Source: Coraliomargarita sp. | GTDB lineage: Bacteria > Verrucomicrobiota > Verrucomicrobiia > Opitutales > Coraliomargaritaceae | DNA: 64,000 nucleotides | NCBI GenBank assembly: GCA_965216325.1 | Contig: OZ244160.1 | Span: 2,272,001-2,336,000 of the forward strand | Direction: 5' to 3' | In this document: piece after piece, positions 10,738-22,100 of the stretch | Layout: each line of letters begins with the position of its first letter | How positions within the stretch are numbered: the first letter of the stretch is position 1 | Position numbers and translations under genes: made by a program | Notes under the pieces: model-generated | Told to the model about the DNA's origin: nothing | What the model saw: the letters and a program-made list of their open reading frames with translations, nothing else | Database searches by the model: none

Positions 10738-11655
10738 ATGGCGATGGATACGAAATTGGATGGTGCACTACCGGAATCGGTGATGATTTTTGGCTGTGGT
10801 TATGTGGGCATGTCGCTGGCGGAGCGTTTGCTACAGGCTGGCGTGAGGGTGGGAGCCTTGACGCGTAATGTGGAAAAGGCAAAGCGCTTACAGGAGCTGG
10901 GGCTGGATCAGGTGGTCGTTGCGGACTTGGATTCGACGGATTGGCACGCTGAGGTGGGCGATTATCAGGCGGTCGTGAACTGTGTGAGTTCAGCAGGCGG
11001 AGGGCTTGCGGGCTACGAGAAGTCCTATATCGAGGGGCAGCGATCCATTTTGACCTGGGCTAAGGGGCGAGGGGTGCAGGCTTACCTTTATACCAGCAGC
11101 ACGTCGGTCTACCCGCAGGATGGTGGCGTTCAGGTCGATGAATCGGCAGATACCGCGGATGCGCCGGCAACCGGTCAGGTCTTACTACGGGCGGAAGGCT
11201 TGATCGCGGAGTCTGCGGACGAGTTTGGTCGTTGGTATGTCTTGCGTCTGGCTGGGATCTATGGGCCGGGTCGGCACTATTTGCTGGATCAGCTCCGAGC
11301 CGGAGAGACCGTAATCGCAGGTGTGGGCGATTATCACCTGAATTTGATCCATCGTGATGATATTGTGCGGGGCATCTGTGCGGCTCTAAGTCAGCAAGTC
11401 GCGGAGTCGGGCGTCTACAATTTGGCGGATAATGAGCCAACGACCAAGGAGGCCTTGGTCAACTGGTTGGCTGCTGAGTTGGGCTGCTCCGCGCCAGTCT
11501 TCGACCCGGAGCTGAAGACTGCGCGTATGCAACGCCGCGGGGGGCAGATGCCGGATCGGATTATTGTCAATGCGCGGGCGAAGGCCGAATTTTCGTGGGA
11601 ACCGCTCTATCCTTCATTTCAAGCGGGCTACCGGGCGATCTTAGTCGGAAACTAG
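10738..11655 (+). CDS. NAD-dependent epimerase/SDR family protein
   Basis: IFGCGYVG, YTSSTSVY, LRLAGIYGPGR. Confidence 0.85.
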   Translation: MAMDTKLDGALPESVMIFGCGYVGMSLAERLLQAGVRVGALTRNVEKAKRLQELGLDQVVVADLDSTDWHAEVGDYQAVVNCVSSAGGGLAGYEKSYIEGQRSILTWAKGRGVQAYLYTSSTSVYPQDGGVQVDESADTADAPATGQVLLRAEGLIAESADEFGRWYVLRLAGIYGPGRHYLLDQLRAGETVIAGVGDYHLNLIHRDDIVRGICAALSQQVAESGVYNLADNEPTTKEALVNWLAAELGCSAPVFDPELKTARMQRRGGQMPDRIIVNARAKAEFSWEPLYPSFQAGYRAILVGN

Positions 11656-11711
11656 GCGATCAAACTGCAAAGATATGTTGCGAGTTTGGCCTAATCTTCT
11701 ATCTATTAGGT

Positions 11712-12167
11712 ATGCGTCTAAATAAAGTTACTGTTACTACCCTGCTGAAAGAAAAGAGCTCATCTGTATTTACTATCTTTGTCGATGCGACCGTCGATGC
11801 TGCGGTTGCTGAAATGAACCGTCAGCGGGTTGGTTCGGTCTTGGTTCGTGATGCGTCGGACACCGTTGTTGGGATCTTTACCGAGCGTGATGTGTTGGTT
11901 CGTGTCGTCTCTGCGGGTGTGGACCCTAAAACAACTCCGGTGCGCGATGTCATGACTGCTGAGTTTAAGTCGGTTACCGCTGAAACCACAGTTGAAGATG
12001 CCATGCAAATGATCACCGATGCCCGTGTGCGCCACCTGCCGGTCTTTGATGGCCAGGAGTTACTCGGGCTCGTCTCGATTGGCGATGTGACCCGTTGGTT
12101 ACTCAAGGTTCACGAGATGGAGGCCGAGAATTTGCGTAAATACGTATTTTCCGAATACCCCGGCTAG
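11712..12167 (+). CDS. CBS domain protein
   Basis: GIFTERD, RHLPV, GLVSIGD. Confidence 0.88.
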   Translation: MRLNKVTVTTLLKEKSSSVFTIFVDATVDAAVAEMNRQRVGSVLVRDASDTVVGIFTERDVLVRVVSAGVDPKTTPVRDVMTAEFKSVTAETTVEDAMQMITDARVRHLPVFDGQELLGLVSIGDVTRWLLKVHEMEAENLRKYVFSEYPG

Positions 12168-12332
12168 GGGTTTACTGATAAATTATGTTACTGCGGCGTT
12201 AAAAGTCGTCGACCGGTTGGAAAAGCGTTACAAAGCGCTTGATTTAGTCATGCGCGAGGCTATCTTTGATACCGTTTTGTAACATTCATTAAGTGGGAAC
12301 ATTATAAATGGTTCAGTTCTCTACACTTAAAC

Positions 12333-12863
12333 ATGTCATTAATTCGGAAAATTCTTAACAAGCGCAAGTCGCCTGAGTCGGGCAAGGTCTTTGCACCTTC
12401 TGAGCAGACGAGTGAGATGGGTGTGTCGTTGACTCGAGAAGATCTTGAGGCGGCGGTGGCTGATGCTGCTGAAGAGCTTGGTCCGTTTAAGGTTTGGATT
12501 GAGCCTGCATCTGCGCGCACGAAGTCGCAGAGTATGTTGGCGCGTAGTGAGATTGAAGCCGAAGAATTGTTCATTGTTGGCCGTCGTGGTTTTGGCAAGG
12601 GGCGCTACGATTATAGTAATGGCGGCTTCCAAATTCGTGACCATGAGCCGTTTACCGTTTCCAAGCGCCACTGTGCGATCTCGATTACTGCAGAGGGCGT
12701 GTTGGTGGAGGATTTGAAGAGCCGTTTTGGCACGATTGTAAATGGTCGACGTCTTGGGGCGGCTGAGGGCAATCCGCGGACAGCCTTGCTTGGCCGTGGT
12801 GAGCATGACCTGGTGATCGGCCGCCGCAGGAGCGAGAATCGCTTTCGTTTGATTGTGCAATAA
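12333..12863 (+). CDS. FHA domain protein
   Basis: VGR, VSKRHC, DLKSRFGTIVNG. Confidence 0.75.
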   Translation: MSLIRKILNKRKSPESGKVFAPSEQTSEMGVSLTREDLEAAVADAAEELGPFKVWIEPASARTKSQSMLARSEIEAEELFIVGRRGFGKGRYDYSNGGFQIRDHEPFTVSKRHCAISITAEGVLVEDLKSRFGTIVNGRRLGAAEGNPRTALLGRGEHDLVIGRRRSENRFRLIVQ

Positions 12864-12961
12864 GTGCCGTCAGGCATTGCAATCGGCTTGACTCAGCTTC
12901 CTGCCTGAGTGGACACTTCGCGGCTTTAATTTTTCAATAACCCCGAAGAAAGGACAGACTT

Positions 12962-13273
12962 ATGGCCGGTGTAGGCAAACTACTGAAGCAAGCGCAGAAA
13001 ATGCAGAAGCAAATGCAAGCAATCCAAGAGGAGCTTGCGGAGAAGGAACTTGAGATCTCCAGTGGTGGCGGTGCGGTAAGCATCGTAATTACTGCGCAAA
13101 GTGAATTTCGTTCGATCAAAATCGATCCCGAATTCTTGAAGGAAGACGCTGAGTTTGTCGAAGAGACCCTACTGGGTGCGATCCAAGAGGCTTCGGCCAA
13201 GGCGAAGGAAGCCAACGAGGAAGCGATGGCTGGGTTGACTGGCGGCATGGGGGGTGGTTTTCCTGGCTTCTAA
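12962..13273 (+). CDS. ybaB: YbaB/EbfC nucleoid-associated protein
   Basis: LLKQAQKMQ, SGGGAV; adjacent to recR. Confidence 0.9.
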   Translation: MAGVGKLLKQAQKMQKQMQAIQEELAEKELEISSGGGAVSIVITAQSEFRSIKIDPEFLKEDAEFVEETLLGAIQEASAKAKEANEEAMAGLTGGMGGGFPGF

Positions 13274-13288
13274 GCGAGAATTTCGTCT

Positions 13289-13885
13289 GTGACGCCAAGT
13301 TTTGATGCATTGCTCCAGCAACTCAAGCGGTTGCCCGGACTCGGATATCGCTCTGCGGAGCGGATCGCGATGCAGTTGCTGGTAGAGAAGCCGGAGGCCC
13401 TTGATCATCTGATTAGTGCGCTTCAGCAGGCACAGAGCAGTGTCAGTCGTTGCCCAGTCTGTGGAAATATCGCAGAGGGGGGCTTGTGTGAGGTTTGCGA
13501 GGATTCGCGCCGCGATGCTAACACGCTCTGTGTGGTCGAGCATGTGCCGGATTTGATTGCGATTGAGCGTTCCTCCGCATGGCGCGGGCGTTATCACGTG
13601 TTGCACGGCAAACTTTCGCCGATTCATGGCGTGGGGCCGGGGGATTTGAATTTTGCGACGCTGTTGCAGCGCTTGGTGGCGGAGCCAGTCTCCGAGCTTG
13701 TATTGGCGCTCTCCAATGACATCGAAGGGCAGGCGACTTGCCACTACATCCAAGAGGAGGTCGTCGGTGAGCGGCCAATTAAGGTAACTCGGATTGGCTT
13801 CGGATTGCCGAGTGGTGGTGGGGTCACCTACGCGGATTCAGTGACGCTGAAGAGTGCTTTGGATGCGCGCCGCGACTACGAATAG
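13289..13885 (+). CDS. recR: Recombination mediator RecR
   Basis: LPGLG HhH, C4 zinc finger, YHVLHG Toprim. Confidence 0.95.
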   Translation: MTPSFDALLQQLKRLPGLGYRSAERIAMQLLVEKPEALDHLISALQQAQSSVSRCPVCGNIAEGGLCEVCEDSRRDANTLCVVEHVPDLIAIERSSAWRGRYHVLHGKLSPIHGVGPGDLNFATLLQRLVAEPVSELVLALSNDIEGQATCHYIQEEVVGERPIKVTRIGFGLPSGGGVTYADSVTLKSALDARRDYE

Positions 13886-14000
13886 AGCCGATTTCCGGGC
13901 AGAATGATTTAGTCGAAAATTTTTACGACAAACTATTGACAACAGGCGCTCAGATTAACTTTATACGCGCTTCCTTGGCACTTACCGCGGCCGAGAACAT

Positions 14001-14122
<122 letters not shown>

Positions 14123-14402
14123 TGCCTAGTTTATGCCTATTGGAGGCGATTTGGTGGTTAAAGTGTAACCGCACAGGCCAACCATAGCACGGCGTATGAT
14201 TCGGTGCCAAAGTTGATTTGATTTTACGCGATGAGTAGCTCCTCGGCTATGAACCAATAGACTGTAGCGAGCATGCTACTTGGTTCCTTGGAAGAGCAGG
14301 GCATTCGGGCCCAACGGCTCTACCTCATTTCCAAATCTCATGGTGTCCCGCATTTATATGGTGTCTTCAAACTTCGCCTACGCTGAGCACATTGTTCGTC
14401 AA

Positions 14403-14612
14403 GCTGCCCAGAGGGCACCCGCTATCCTCATCCTTCGGACTACGCCATCTTCGTGCTGTCGCACTTCGTCAAGTGACTAGCCCTCCTCGTGCCACTTGTC
14501 CCTGTTGACCTCATCCGACGCTCTTGCATTTCTGTTCATTCCGCTGCCCAAGGGCACCCACTTCATTCACCCCTTCGGGGCTTCGCCATCTTCGTGCTGT
14601 CGCACTCCGTCA
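14403..14612. repeat. About 70-bp imperfect direct repeat (14403-14471, 14543-14612)
   Basis: GCTGCCCA(G)AGGGCACCC...CGCCATCTTCGTGCTGTCGCACTYCGTCA present twice. Confidence 0.75.
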
Positions 14613-14721
14613 GCCTACGTGTGAACTGGACTACGGTATGAATACGACTGCTCATGCTATGTGGAGTGGATGTCATCAAGTCTGAATCGCTTTCGCGAGT
14701 AATATTAGCTATTTCTGAATC

Positions 14722-14749
14722 TTGACAGGGTTAACTCGTATGTTAACTT
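14722..14749 (+). promoter_or_regulatory. Toxin-antitoxin promoter/operator
   Basis: TTGACA, then TG-n-TAACTT; palindrome GTTAAC-N6-GTTAAC overlapping. Confidence 0.55.
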
Positions 14750-14758
14750 TCTCGAAAA

Positions 14759-15106
14759 ATGAAAGAAGTTCAGTTTTTCAGACGAGCGGATGGCAGTAGT
14801 CCGGTTGAGGAGTTTATTGACGGCCTCACGGACAAGCAGGCTCAGAAAGTTGCTTGGGTGCTAAAGCTCATTGAAGATCTGGACATCATCCCAGCTCAAT
14901 ACTGGAAGAAGTTGACGAATACAGACGATATCTGGGAGGCCAGAATATAGTTTGGTGGCAATATCTTCCGAATCTTGGGCTTTGAAAATGGTGGCGAGTT
15001 TGTGGTGCTTACGAATGGTTTCGCGAAGAAAACGCAGAAGACCCCAAAGCAGGAAATCGAGTTGGCGGAGCAACGTAAGAAAATCTATCTGGAGGAATCG
15101 AAATGA
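14759..15106 (+). pseudogene. RelE/ParE (Gp49-like) toxin with in-frame TAG at 14948-14950
   Basis: SPVEEFI...[17 protein letters not shown]...[14 protein letters not shown] continues in the same frame to TGA at 15104-15106. Confidence 0.85.
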
Positions 15107-15378
15107 GTGATCTGAAAAAATACATCAGTAAGCGTAAGGTAGCAAAAGCAGGCTTCGCGGAGGACTTTGACGAGGGGTATGAAAACTTTCGAATTGGTGT
15201 CATGCTCAAACAGGCGCGTCTTGAGGCCGGGCTGACGCAAGATGAAATTGCGACTGCGATTGGCACGCGTAAGACGGCGATTTCTCGGCTTGAGAATCAC
15301 GTTCAGGATGTGAAGCTTTCGACAGTCGAGAAGTATGCCAAAGCACTCGGTAAGCATGTCGAAATTCGGATCGCGTGA
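15103..15378 (+). CDS. HigA-like XRE HTH antitoxin
   Basis: [26 protein letters not shown] overlap with toxin. Confidence 0.85.
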   Translation: MSDLKKYISKRKVAKAGFAEDFDEGYENFRIGVMLKQARLEAGLTQDEIATAIGTRKTAISRLENHVQDVKLSTVEKYAKALGKHVEIRIA

Positions 15379-15539
15379 TCGAAATGATCGAAATAATGCA
15401 GGATTTTGGGCAGATTCTGAGGCCTGAGAATGCGCGATCGGTTAGGGATTGCGATTATCGTGATCGTTCACGAAGTGCCGCTTGCGACCAATAGAAATAG
15501 GCGAAACGCTCGGGATCCGTTTAATACAGGGCTAGTGGG

Positions 15540-15637
15540 CTGTTAATCACTTTGCTCGGATTTCGATCAGTTCGTATTTCTGACAGTGATTGGCCAGCCA
15601 TCTTAAAGCCCTTAGTTGTAACGACTAAGGGCTTTTT
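15540..15637 (+). other. Degenerate copy of tRNA-Asn 3' half plus terminator (putative att remnant)
   Basis: CTGTTAATCACTT identical to 14039-14051, then TTCGATC, CAGCCA and hairpin AAAGCCCTTAGT..ACTAAGGGCTTT. Confidence 0.55.
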
Positions 15638-16038
15638 GTTGTCTGGGTGCTGGCAGTGATGACTTTGAAGTCACGCTAAGGTCACACTAAAAATATATGA
15701 TGACATCGGTAACGTCGGACCTAGTAACATCCGAAATGCGTCGATTTTAGATTTGAGTCCCAGTTTTGAGCGGGAATTTCCTGCAAATTAGTCACTTCTG
15801 GGTAGGGCCCTCCTATCGGAATGGCGTCATAGTTCACGAATGCGTCGTTTGAAAGGTTCGGGTATCCCATGCTGAGAGGAGAGCGCTCATCAATCGTTTC
15901 AGATGCTCACCGAATTCATCCTTCTTGCCATTTCTGGATCCGAATAGCTGCTTCTGACTCGCATCGATTCGGGCGGCTCTGGTGCATCTGATTGACTTCA
16001 AGACGAATGCGGCTTGTGTGGTGTTGTAATGACTATCT

Positions 16039-16365
16039 ATGACTGAAGCCAAGTCATTTACCGGTAAGAAGAAGACACTGTGCATGCTGCTCGTTTTGAG
16101 TGTCATGGTGCACTTCTTTGTTGTGTTGAATTTTGGAGGCTACCGCTTGTTTATGGATGAGGTTTGGGCGGGCAATCGCACGGTGGAGATGCCTGCCATT
16201 ATGCAGATGCGCCAGCTCAACGAGGAGTATACGGTCAACTTGGAGAAGGCTTCGGAGGCACATGCGGTGATTCGTGAGATGCCGTTGACGCTTGCGATAC
16301 AGAGCACGGTCGAACTTGAGCAACAAAAAGGCTGCTCTTCCGCTGAAGGGCCCGTCAATCCATGA
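16039..16365 (+). CDS. Short paralog or fragment of the N-terminus of 22333-23355
   Basis: Shared S-x-x-VH TM helix and EYTVNLE motif. Confidence 0.55.
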   Translation: MTEAKSFTGKKKTLCMLLVLSVMVHFFVVLNFGGYRLFMDEVWAGNRTVEMPAIMQMRQLNEEYTVNLEKASEAHAVIREMPLTLAIQSTVELEQQKGCSSAEGPVNP

Positions 16366-16379
16366 AGTTACCGTAGACT

Positions 16380-16814
16380 TTAGAAGTTGCCGAAGGAGAC
16401 GAACTCGATCTTGGCGGCTGCACAGGCGTCGAGCACTTCGACGGTTTTATTGTGGGGCGATATGGGGTCGGCAATGACGACGACCACGGTTTTTTGCCCC
16501 ATGCGGTCGGAGGTGCCTTTGACGCGTTTGAGCGTGGCGATCAGGCCGTGCAGGGTGATCCTCTCCGCTGGGCTGGCGATGGGCGCGCCGTTAAAGTCGA
16601 CACTGCCATCGGGGTGGATGTCGATGGTGTGGCGATTGGGGAGCTCATCGCTTGGTTTTGCTTTGGAATCGGTCGGCAATTGGATGCCAAGGTCGGTTTC
16701 TTCTTTGATCAGGGTGGTGGTCACCATGAAGAAGACCAGCAGCAGGAAGACCACGTCGATCATCGGGGTCAGGTCCGGCTTGGTTTTCTCGTTGAAGATT
16801 GAATCAGCTTTCAT
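16380..16814 (-). CDS. ExbD/TolR family protein
   Basis: [19 protein letters not shown]. Confidence 0.9.
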   Translation of the reverse strand: MKADSIFNEKTKPDLTPMIDVVFLLLVFFMVTTTLIKEETDLGIQLPTDSKAKPSDELPNRHTIDIHPDGSVDFNGAPIASPAERITLHGLIATLKRVKGTSDRMGQKTVVVVIADPISPHNKTVEVLDACAAAKIEFVSFGNF

Positions 16815-16819
16815 GGGTC

Positions 16820-17230
16820 TTATTTCTCACTCTGATACGCGGCGAAAATGATCTTACTCATGCCGACCGATGCTGCAGTCTGCATGACTTCGTTCACGTA
16901 TTGGTGCTCCGTGCCACTGTCCACGCGCAGGAAGATTTGAACGCCGGGGTCGTATTCAAATTCCTTTTTCAGACGCTCCTTAAGTTCTTGGCGGGTGACT
17001 TCGTAGACACCGGAATACAGGGTGCCACCCTTGCCGACGGTAATCGTCGTGCGCTCGCCTTTGTCCTCTGGGAGAATGGAGTTCAGTGAAATGGGCACCT
17101 CGACCGGATGCTTCTCCGCGGTGATCATATTGGCCACCGTCATGAAGAAGACGATCAATAGGAAGACGATGTCGATCATCGGGGTGAGATCGACCTCACC
17201 GTCTTCCTCGCTGGGTTTCCATCGTCTCAT
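16820..17230 (-). CDS. ExbD/TolR family protein
   Basis: [17 protein letters not shown]. Confidence 0.9.
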   Translation of the reverse strand: MRRWKPSEEDGEVDLTPMIDIVFLLIVFFMTVANMITAEKHPVEVPISLNSILPEDKGERTTITVGKGGTLYSGVYEVTRQELKERLKKEFEYDPGVQIFLRVDSGTEHQYVNEVMQTAASVGMSKIIFAAYQSEK

Positions 17231-17231
17231 G

Positions 17232-17978
17232 TTAGCTGCGTGCGCGAATCAAATCAGCATAGAGGCGGCCGAGAGCCAGGTTCACCTCAGCGACGATCTT
17301 GCCATAACGGTTGCGGAAGAAAAAGAAGAAGAACATCGCAGGGATAGCGATGGCCATACCCGATGCCGTGGTGATCAAGGCCTCCGAGATATTGTCGGCG
17401 AGCAGTTCGGGCTTACCCATGCCTTGGCTGGCGATCGAGTTGAAGGCCTTCACCATACCGGAGACGGTTCCGAGTAGTCCGACCATCGGTGCGAGTGCTG
17501 CGATGATGGAGAGGTAGTTGACGATAATATATGGACCGGAGAGTTCTTTGGCAGCGGCATTTTCGAAGGCCTTTTCTACTGCGTCCGGAATGAACTTGGT
17601 CTGTTTGATTTGGTCGAGGCCATAGTTGAAGGTGTTGGTGATCGGGCTTGGGTTGGCTGCGCAGATCTGATGAGCGGTTTCAATGTCCATGGCGCTGCAA
17701 GCTTTGTCGAGTTCTTCGACGACGGCGTCGTTGATGAAGTTGTCACGACGGATCGAGATGAAGTTGAAGACCGCGAAGCCGAAGGTTGCGATGGAGAGGA
17801 TACCAAGTGGAACCATGGCCCATCCGCCGGCAAAGAGCATGTCTAGCAGGGTCTTGCCTTCCGGTTCGGCAACCAGGGGCGCTGCAGCGGCGTCTTGGGC
17901 CATTGCCGGTGTTGCTGCGGCGAAAAGGCATATCAGCGCACCGTTCATAAGGAGTTTGAGGAACTTGTTTTTCATCAT
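17232..17978 (-). CDS. MotA/TolQ/ExbB proton channel protein
   Basis: [24 protein letters not shown]. Confidence 0.9.
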   Translation of the reverse strand: MMKNKFLKLLMNGALICLFAAATPAMAQDAAAAPLVAEPEGKTLLDMLFAGGWAMVPLGILSIATFGFAVFNFISIRRDNFINDAVVEELDKACSAMDIETAHQICAANPSPITNTFNYGLDQIKQTKFIPDAVEKAFENAAAKELSGPYIIVNYLSIIAALAPMVGLLGTVSGMVKAFNSIASQGMGKPELLADNISEALITTASGMAIAIPAMFFFFFFRNRYGKIVAEVNLALGRLYADLIRARS

Positions 17979-18029
17979 AGGATTCTAATCGTTGGAGTGG
18001 TGTTTAATTAAAGGTGTCTGGGTTTGGCC

Positions 18030-19139
18030 TTAAGCCCCGCGTTCGTCCTGATACTTCTGCAGCCAAGGACTGGTGGGGTAAAAGATTTCAAATTCACGGA
18101 CCAGACGATCCGCGGCGGTGTCGTCGCCAGACTGCTCGTAACCAAGGATGAGCAGGTAGTAGAGTTCAGCTTTGAAGGTCGCTTCGACGGTGGTGAGCAC
18201 CATGGCGCGTGAGAGATAGCGAAGGCCCTCACGGATGTCGCCTTCGGAGAGGCCGACCCGTCCACGTGCCAAGCAGTAGGTGAGGAAGTTTTCGTCTTCG
18301 CGCTCGAGTTCATCGATACTGCTGAGGAGCTTGCGGGCGGTTTCGTTGTCTCCGGACACCGCGCTGCTGTAGCAGGCCCATAGTAAGCTCTTCTGGCGCA
18401 GCACTTCGTCTTCGGTCTGTGCCAGTGATCCGTAGATTTGTGCGGTCAGATCATGTTGTCCCGCGGTGCGCAGTTTGTCTGCGATGCCGAAGGCGATCTC
18501 GGCAAAGTCATCTTCATCGGTGATGTTGTAGAGTTGACCGAGCAAGCGCACGGTCTGCTTGTATTTGCCTTCATGGATGGTGCGATAGACTAGGCTTTCG
18601 GTGAGTGTCAGGAAGTCGAGTGACAGTGCATTCAGTGGCATGGACATAGTCAATTCGACCGCCTGTTGAAGGGGTGCCTTTTGGACGGCTGCCTCATAGT
18701 AGAGCAGGCAGATGTTGTGGAAGTTGCTATTGGCCTTCGGGAACTCGAGAAAGCGCATCAAGCTGCCCGCCGTGTCTTTCATGCCCTTGTAGTAGGGCAT
18801 GTATTTGCCGTCTACGGCCTTGGCGTTGAGTTCGTTGAAGTTCTTGGGCAGGACCAGTGAGAGCTTCACGTTCTGCGCAGCCATGGGGATTTCAGCGGCC
18901 GCGTCGGGCATATTCGGGAAGGTCAGAAGCAGCCGTCCCTCATTCATGCCTTTGAGGAAGATCTGATTGTTGTTGATGTCGCGCACAGGAACCGGCTTCT
19001 CCAAATTGAAGGTCTTGGAGATTGGCTCAGCTGCGGGAAGCTGGGGTAGGTCCGCGACTTGTGCCTGTAGGCTGGCCGCTGCGATGAGTGCTGAGCCGAT
19101 GCCGACGATGGACTGAAGTTTAAAGAGTGAAGGTTTCAT
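18030..19139 (-). CDS. Exported TPR-like protein
   Basis: Signal peptide; helical repeats; C-terminal YPTSPW. Confidence 0.7.
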   Translation of the reverse strand: MKPSLFKLQSIVGIGSALIAAASLQAQVADLPQLPAAEPISKTFNLEKPVPVRDINNNQIFLKGMNEGRLLLTFPNMPDAAAEIPMAAQNVKLSLVLPKNFNELNAKAVDGKYMPYYKGMKDTAGSLMRFLEFPKANSNFHNICLLYYEAAVQKAPLQQAVELTMSMPLNALSLDFLTLTESLVYRTIHEGKYKQTVRLLGQLYNITDEDDFAEIAFGIADKLRTAGQHDLTAQIYGSLAQTEDEVLRQKSLLWACYSSAVSGDNETARKLLSSIDELEREDENFLTYCLARGRVGLSEGDIREGLRYLSRAMVLTTVEATFKAELYYLLILGYEQSGDDTAADRLVREFEIFYPTSPWLQKYQDERGA

Positions 19140-22100
19140 CGATCAATAGGTAAGCTTCTGTTTGCTGGAGAATGGACAGGCGGGTGCGGTATTCTTCCAG
19201 CAGTTGCTGGACGCTTTCCGTCTCTCCCATTTCCTGCAGTGTCAGTAGGTCATAGCAGTAGGCCCAGGAGACGGTCTCCGCGTAGCCACCGTAAGCAACG
19301 ATCAGACGTTCGAAGAAGCCGTGTGCTTCGGCGAGTTGCCCCTGGCGGCGATAAGCCATTCCAAGTTCCAGGTGCGCTTTGGCGTGGTTGAGCCCCTTCC
19401 ATGCAGGGTTGCGCAAAATCATCCCAAGCACTTCGATGGCCTCTTGGTCACGTCCGAGCTCTGAAAGAATACGGCCCTTTTTCAGGTGCGGATCGGCGTT
19501 TTTGATCTTTAGCGCGAAGCGTGTAGTTACCAATTTGTAGTAGCTCAGTGCGGTTTCCCAGTCTTCCTTTGTGCCACTGGCTTCGGCTTGGCGTAAGGTG
19601 ATTTCAGCCATTGCCATTACCGAATCGTAAGCAGTTGGTGCATATGGGTGGCGCTTGAGCGCAAAGGTGTAGAGCTTGATCGCTTCGTCCGGATTGGAGT
19701 CTTCACGCTTGGCCGCGGCCCAGTTGATGACTGCTGGAGGAGCTGAGGTGAGCTCTTCGTCGGTATATAGAATTTGGCCGCGCTCGTTCTCTTCTTTCAG
19801 ACTGTCGAGTGCCATCTCACTGCGCATTACCAGCGCATACTTGTCGTTGGCTTTGGCGTCGGCTAACAGTTCAGGGAAAAGCTTTCTCGGTGTGTATGGT
19901 GCGAGCTTGTCGGACTTTTCGGCGTAGAAGTCATACAGCTTGCTGAGCTGCTCGGTAGCCATCTCGGTGGTAATGACGGGCCCCTTGGGGGGGATTTCGG
20001 CACCGGTTTCAGGGTCGATCTGGATTTCGGTCTCAATGATCTGCGCACGGAACTCGCGGTCGCGGACCAATTTGTTGGCGAGCGAACGCTCGAGGAAGAC
20101 CCCTTCGTCGCTTTGCATGAACTGGTATTGATACGCGCGGTCGGTGAGGAACTGCTTGCGGAATTCAGGCTCGGAGAGCAGGCGGTCCAGTAGTGCAGTT
20201 GAGGCGTTGAAGGTCTTTTCGTAGCGGACGTAATCCGTTACGTAGCCGGAGATCAACTGGTCGACAGCGTAGCGCCAAGCGTCGTTACCCAGTAACTGGA
20301 TCGCCTCGGCGTGGAAATTGAAGCGCAGGTCATACATGCCCAGACGGTCGTAAATCATGCCCACTCGGAAGTAAGCATCTGCGAGTTGGCCAGTTTCATC
20401 ATGGCGCTCGATATAGGACTGGAGCACTCCGATCGCTTCGTCCTGCTTGCTGTCGATCTCCAGCACTTCTGCCAGTGCAAAGGTCGCCTTCGCAATGAAG
20501 GCTGGATTTTGCGTGTTGGTTTCGACATGGCGATAGTGCCCGGCAGACTCCGCGTATGCGCGGCGCTCGCGTTTTAGATCTCCAAGATACAGCTCGGCTT
20601 CACCGCGAAGCGAGCTCTTGGGATATTTGGAGACGAATGCTGCAAATTGATCTTCTGCTTCACGTTTCTTCTGCAGGCCGTAGAGGCAGATACCGTAGCG
20701 GTAGACAACGTCTTCGTAGTAGTTGCTGCGGTTGCTATAGTCATCGATGAAGCCTTTCATCGTAGCGGCAGCTTTGCCGTAGTCCGCCAGCAGGATTTCG
20801 GATAAGCCTGTCCAGTAACGGGTGGTCTCATATAGTGGCTCTTCGCCGTTGTAGCGGCGCATCAGTGGTGGCACGTAAGCATTCAACTCGGCAAACTGAG
20901 AGAACTGCACGTAGTAGTTGCCCACGTAATTGACCAACTGTGCCGCCACACGGAAGCTCTTCGGATCCTCGAGGTAGTCCTTGCAGAGTTTGAGCAGGTC
21001 CTCGTAGCGCTGCTGCTTGGAGTAGAACGCCGCAAGGCCAAGGATCACTTCGTTTTCGTATTTGGTATACTTCTCGTTGTCTAAGTATTCGCTGGCGAGC
21101 ATCTCAAGCATATAGACGTCGACGAGTAGGTCGGCTTGCTTGAAGGAGATAAACAGGAAGTCTTCGACTTGCTCGTGGTCGGGATGATCCTGATAGAGGT
21201 GGTAGAAGGCCCAAAGCGCCTCCCAGTTACGCTGGGTTTCTTTGAACACGCGCGCGATGCGCCATTTCATATCCACGTCGTAAGAGCGAATCTCGCGCAC
21301 CGCTTTGAGGTTGGCCTGAGCTGACTTGAGCTGGCCGTCTACAATCGCGTAGCTGTCGGCTTCTGGTGCAATGTAGCGAATCTTGTTCTGCAGCTTGGAA
21401 ACCAGATCGCGGTAGAATTCGATAATCGAATCGCGCGACTTCACAAAGGTGTAGAGCAGGATAGCCTGATCGTAGTCCTTGCGCTCAAACATCGCATCGC
21501 CGGTCTTTAATAGCTTAATGTTGAACTTTGGGTCGTAGATCGCTTCGTAACGTCCGGTCAAATAGCGTAGATAGGGGGTGACTTCCTTGGCTTCACCTTT
21601 GGCTAGATAGCCTTGAATGAGCCAAGTTGCCGATTGAGCGCGCAGGTCCGGATCCAGCACTGATGACTTGAACACTTCAAGGAACAAAGGAATGCCGCTG
21701 GCAGCGTCATTCGACTTGATGTAGATACGGCACATCTTATCGCGTGCGGCCTTGCGCAGGGTGGCTTTTTCGCTGCGGCGAAACAGCCAGTCGAACTGAG
21801 TAATTGCCTGCTCGTATTGCTTCAGGTCTTCGTGAGCACCCCCGAGGTTGAAGCGCACGAAGTCGCGCCGGACGCCCGCCGGGAATTTCTCGATGTAAGT
21901 TTCATATTGTGTAATCGCATTCTGTAGCGTGGCATCCGACTTATCCTTCGCGTATTCGTCTTGATAGGACAGGGCCATCAGGAATGTCAGCGACTCCTGT
22001 TGTTCAGGCTTATTGGCGGTGCGCTTCAGTAGCTCACCGATTACCGGACGTAGTGGCACCAGATCGCCGCTTAGACCATCCTTGATCCGCTCAAATAGTG

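Noticed and set aside
15640..16106. Possible integrase remnant beside the tRNA islet
   Set aside because: No tyrosine or serine recombinase motifs were recognisable in the listed frames.
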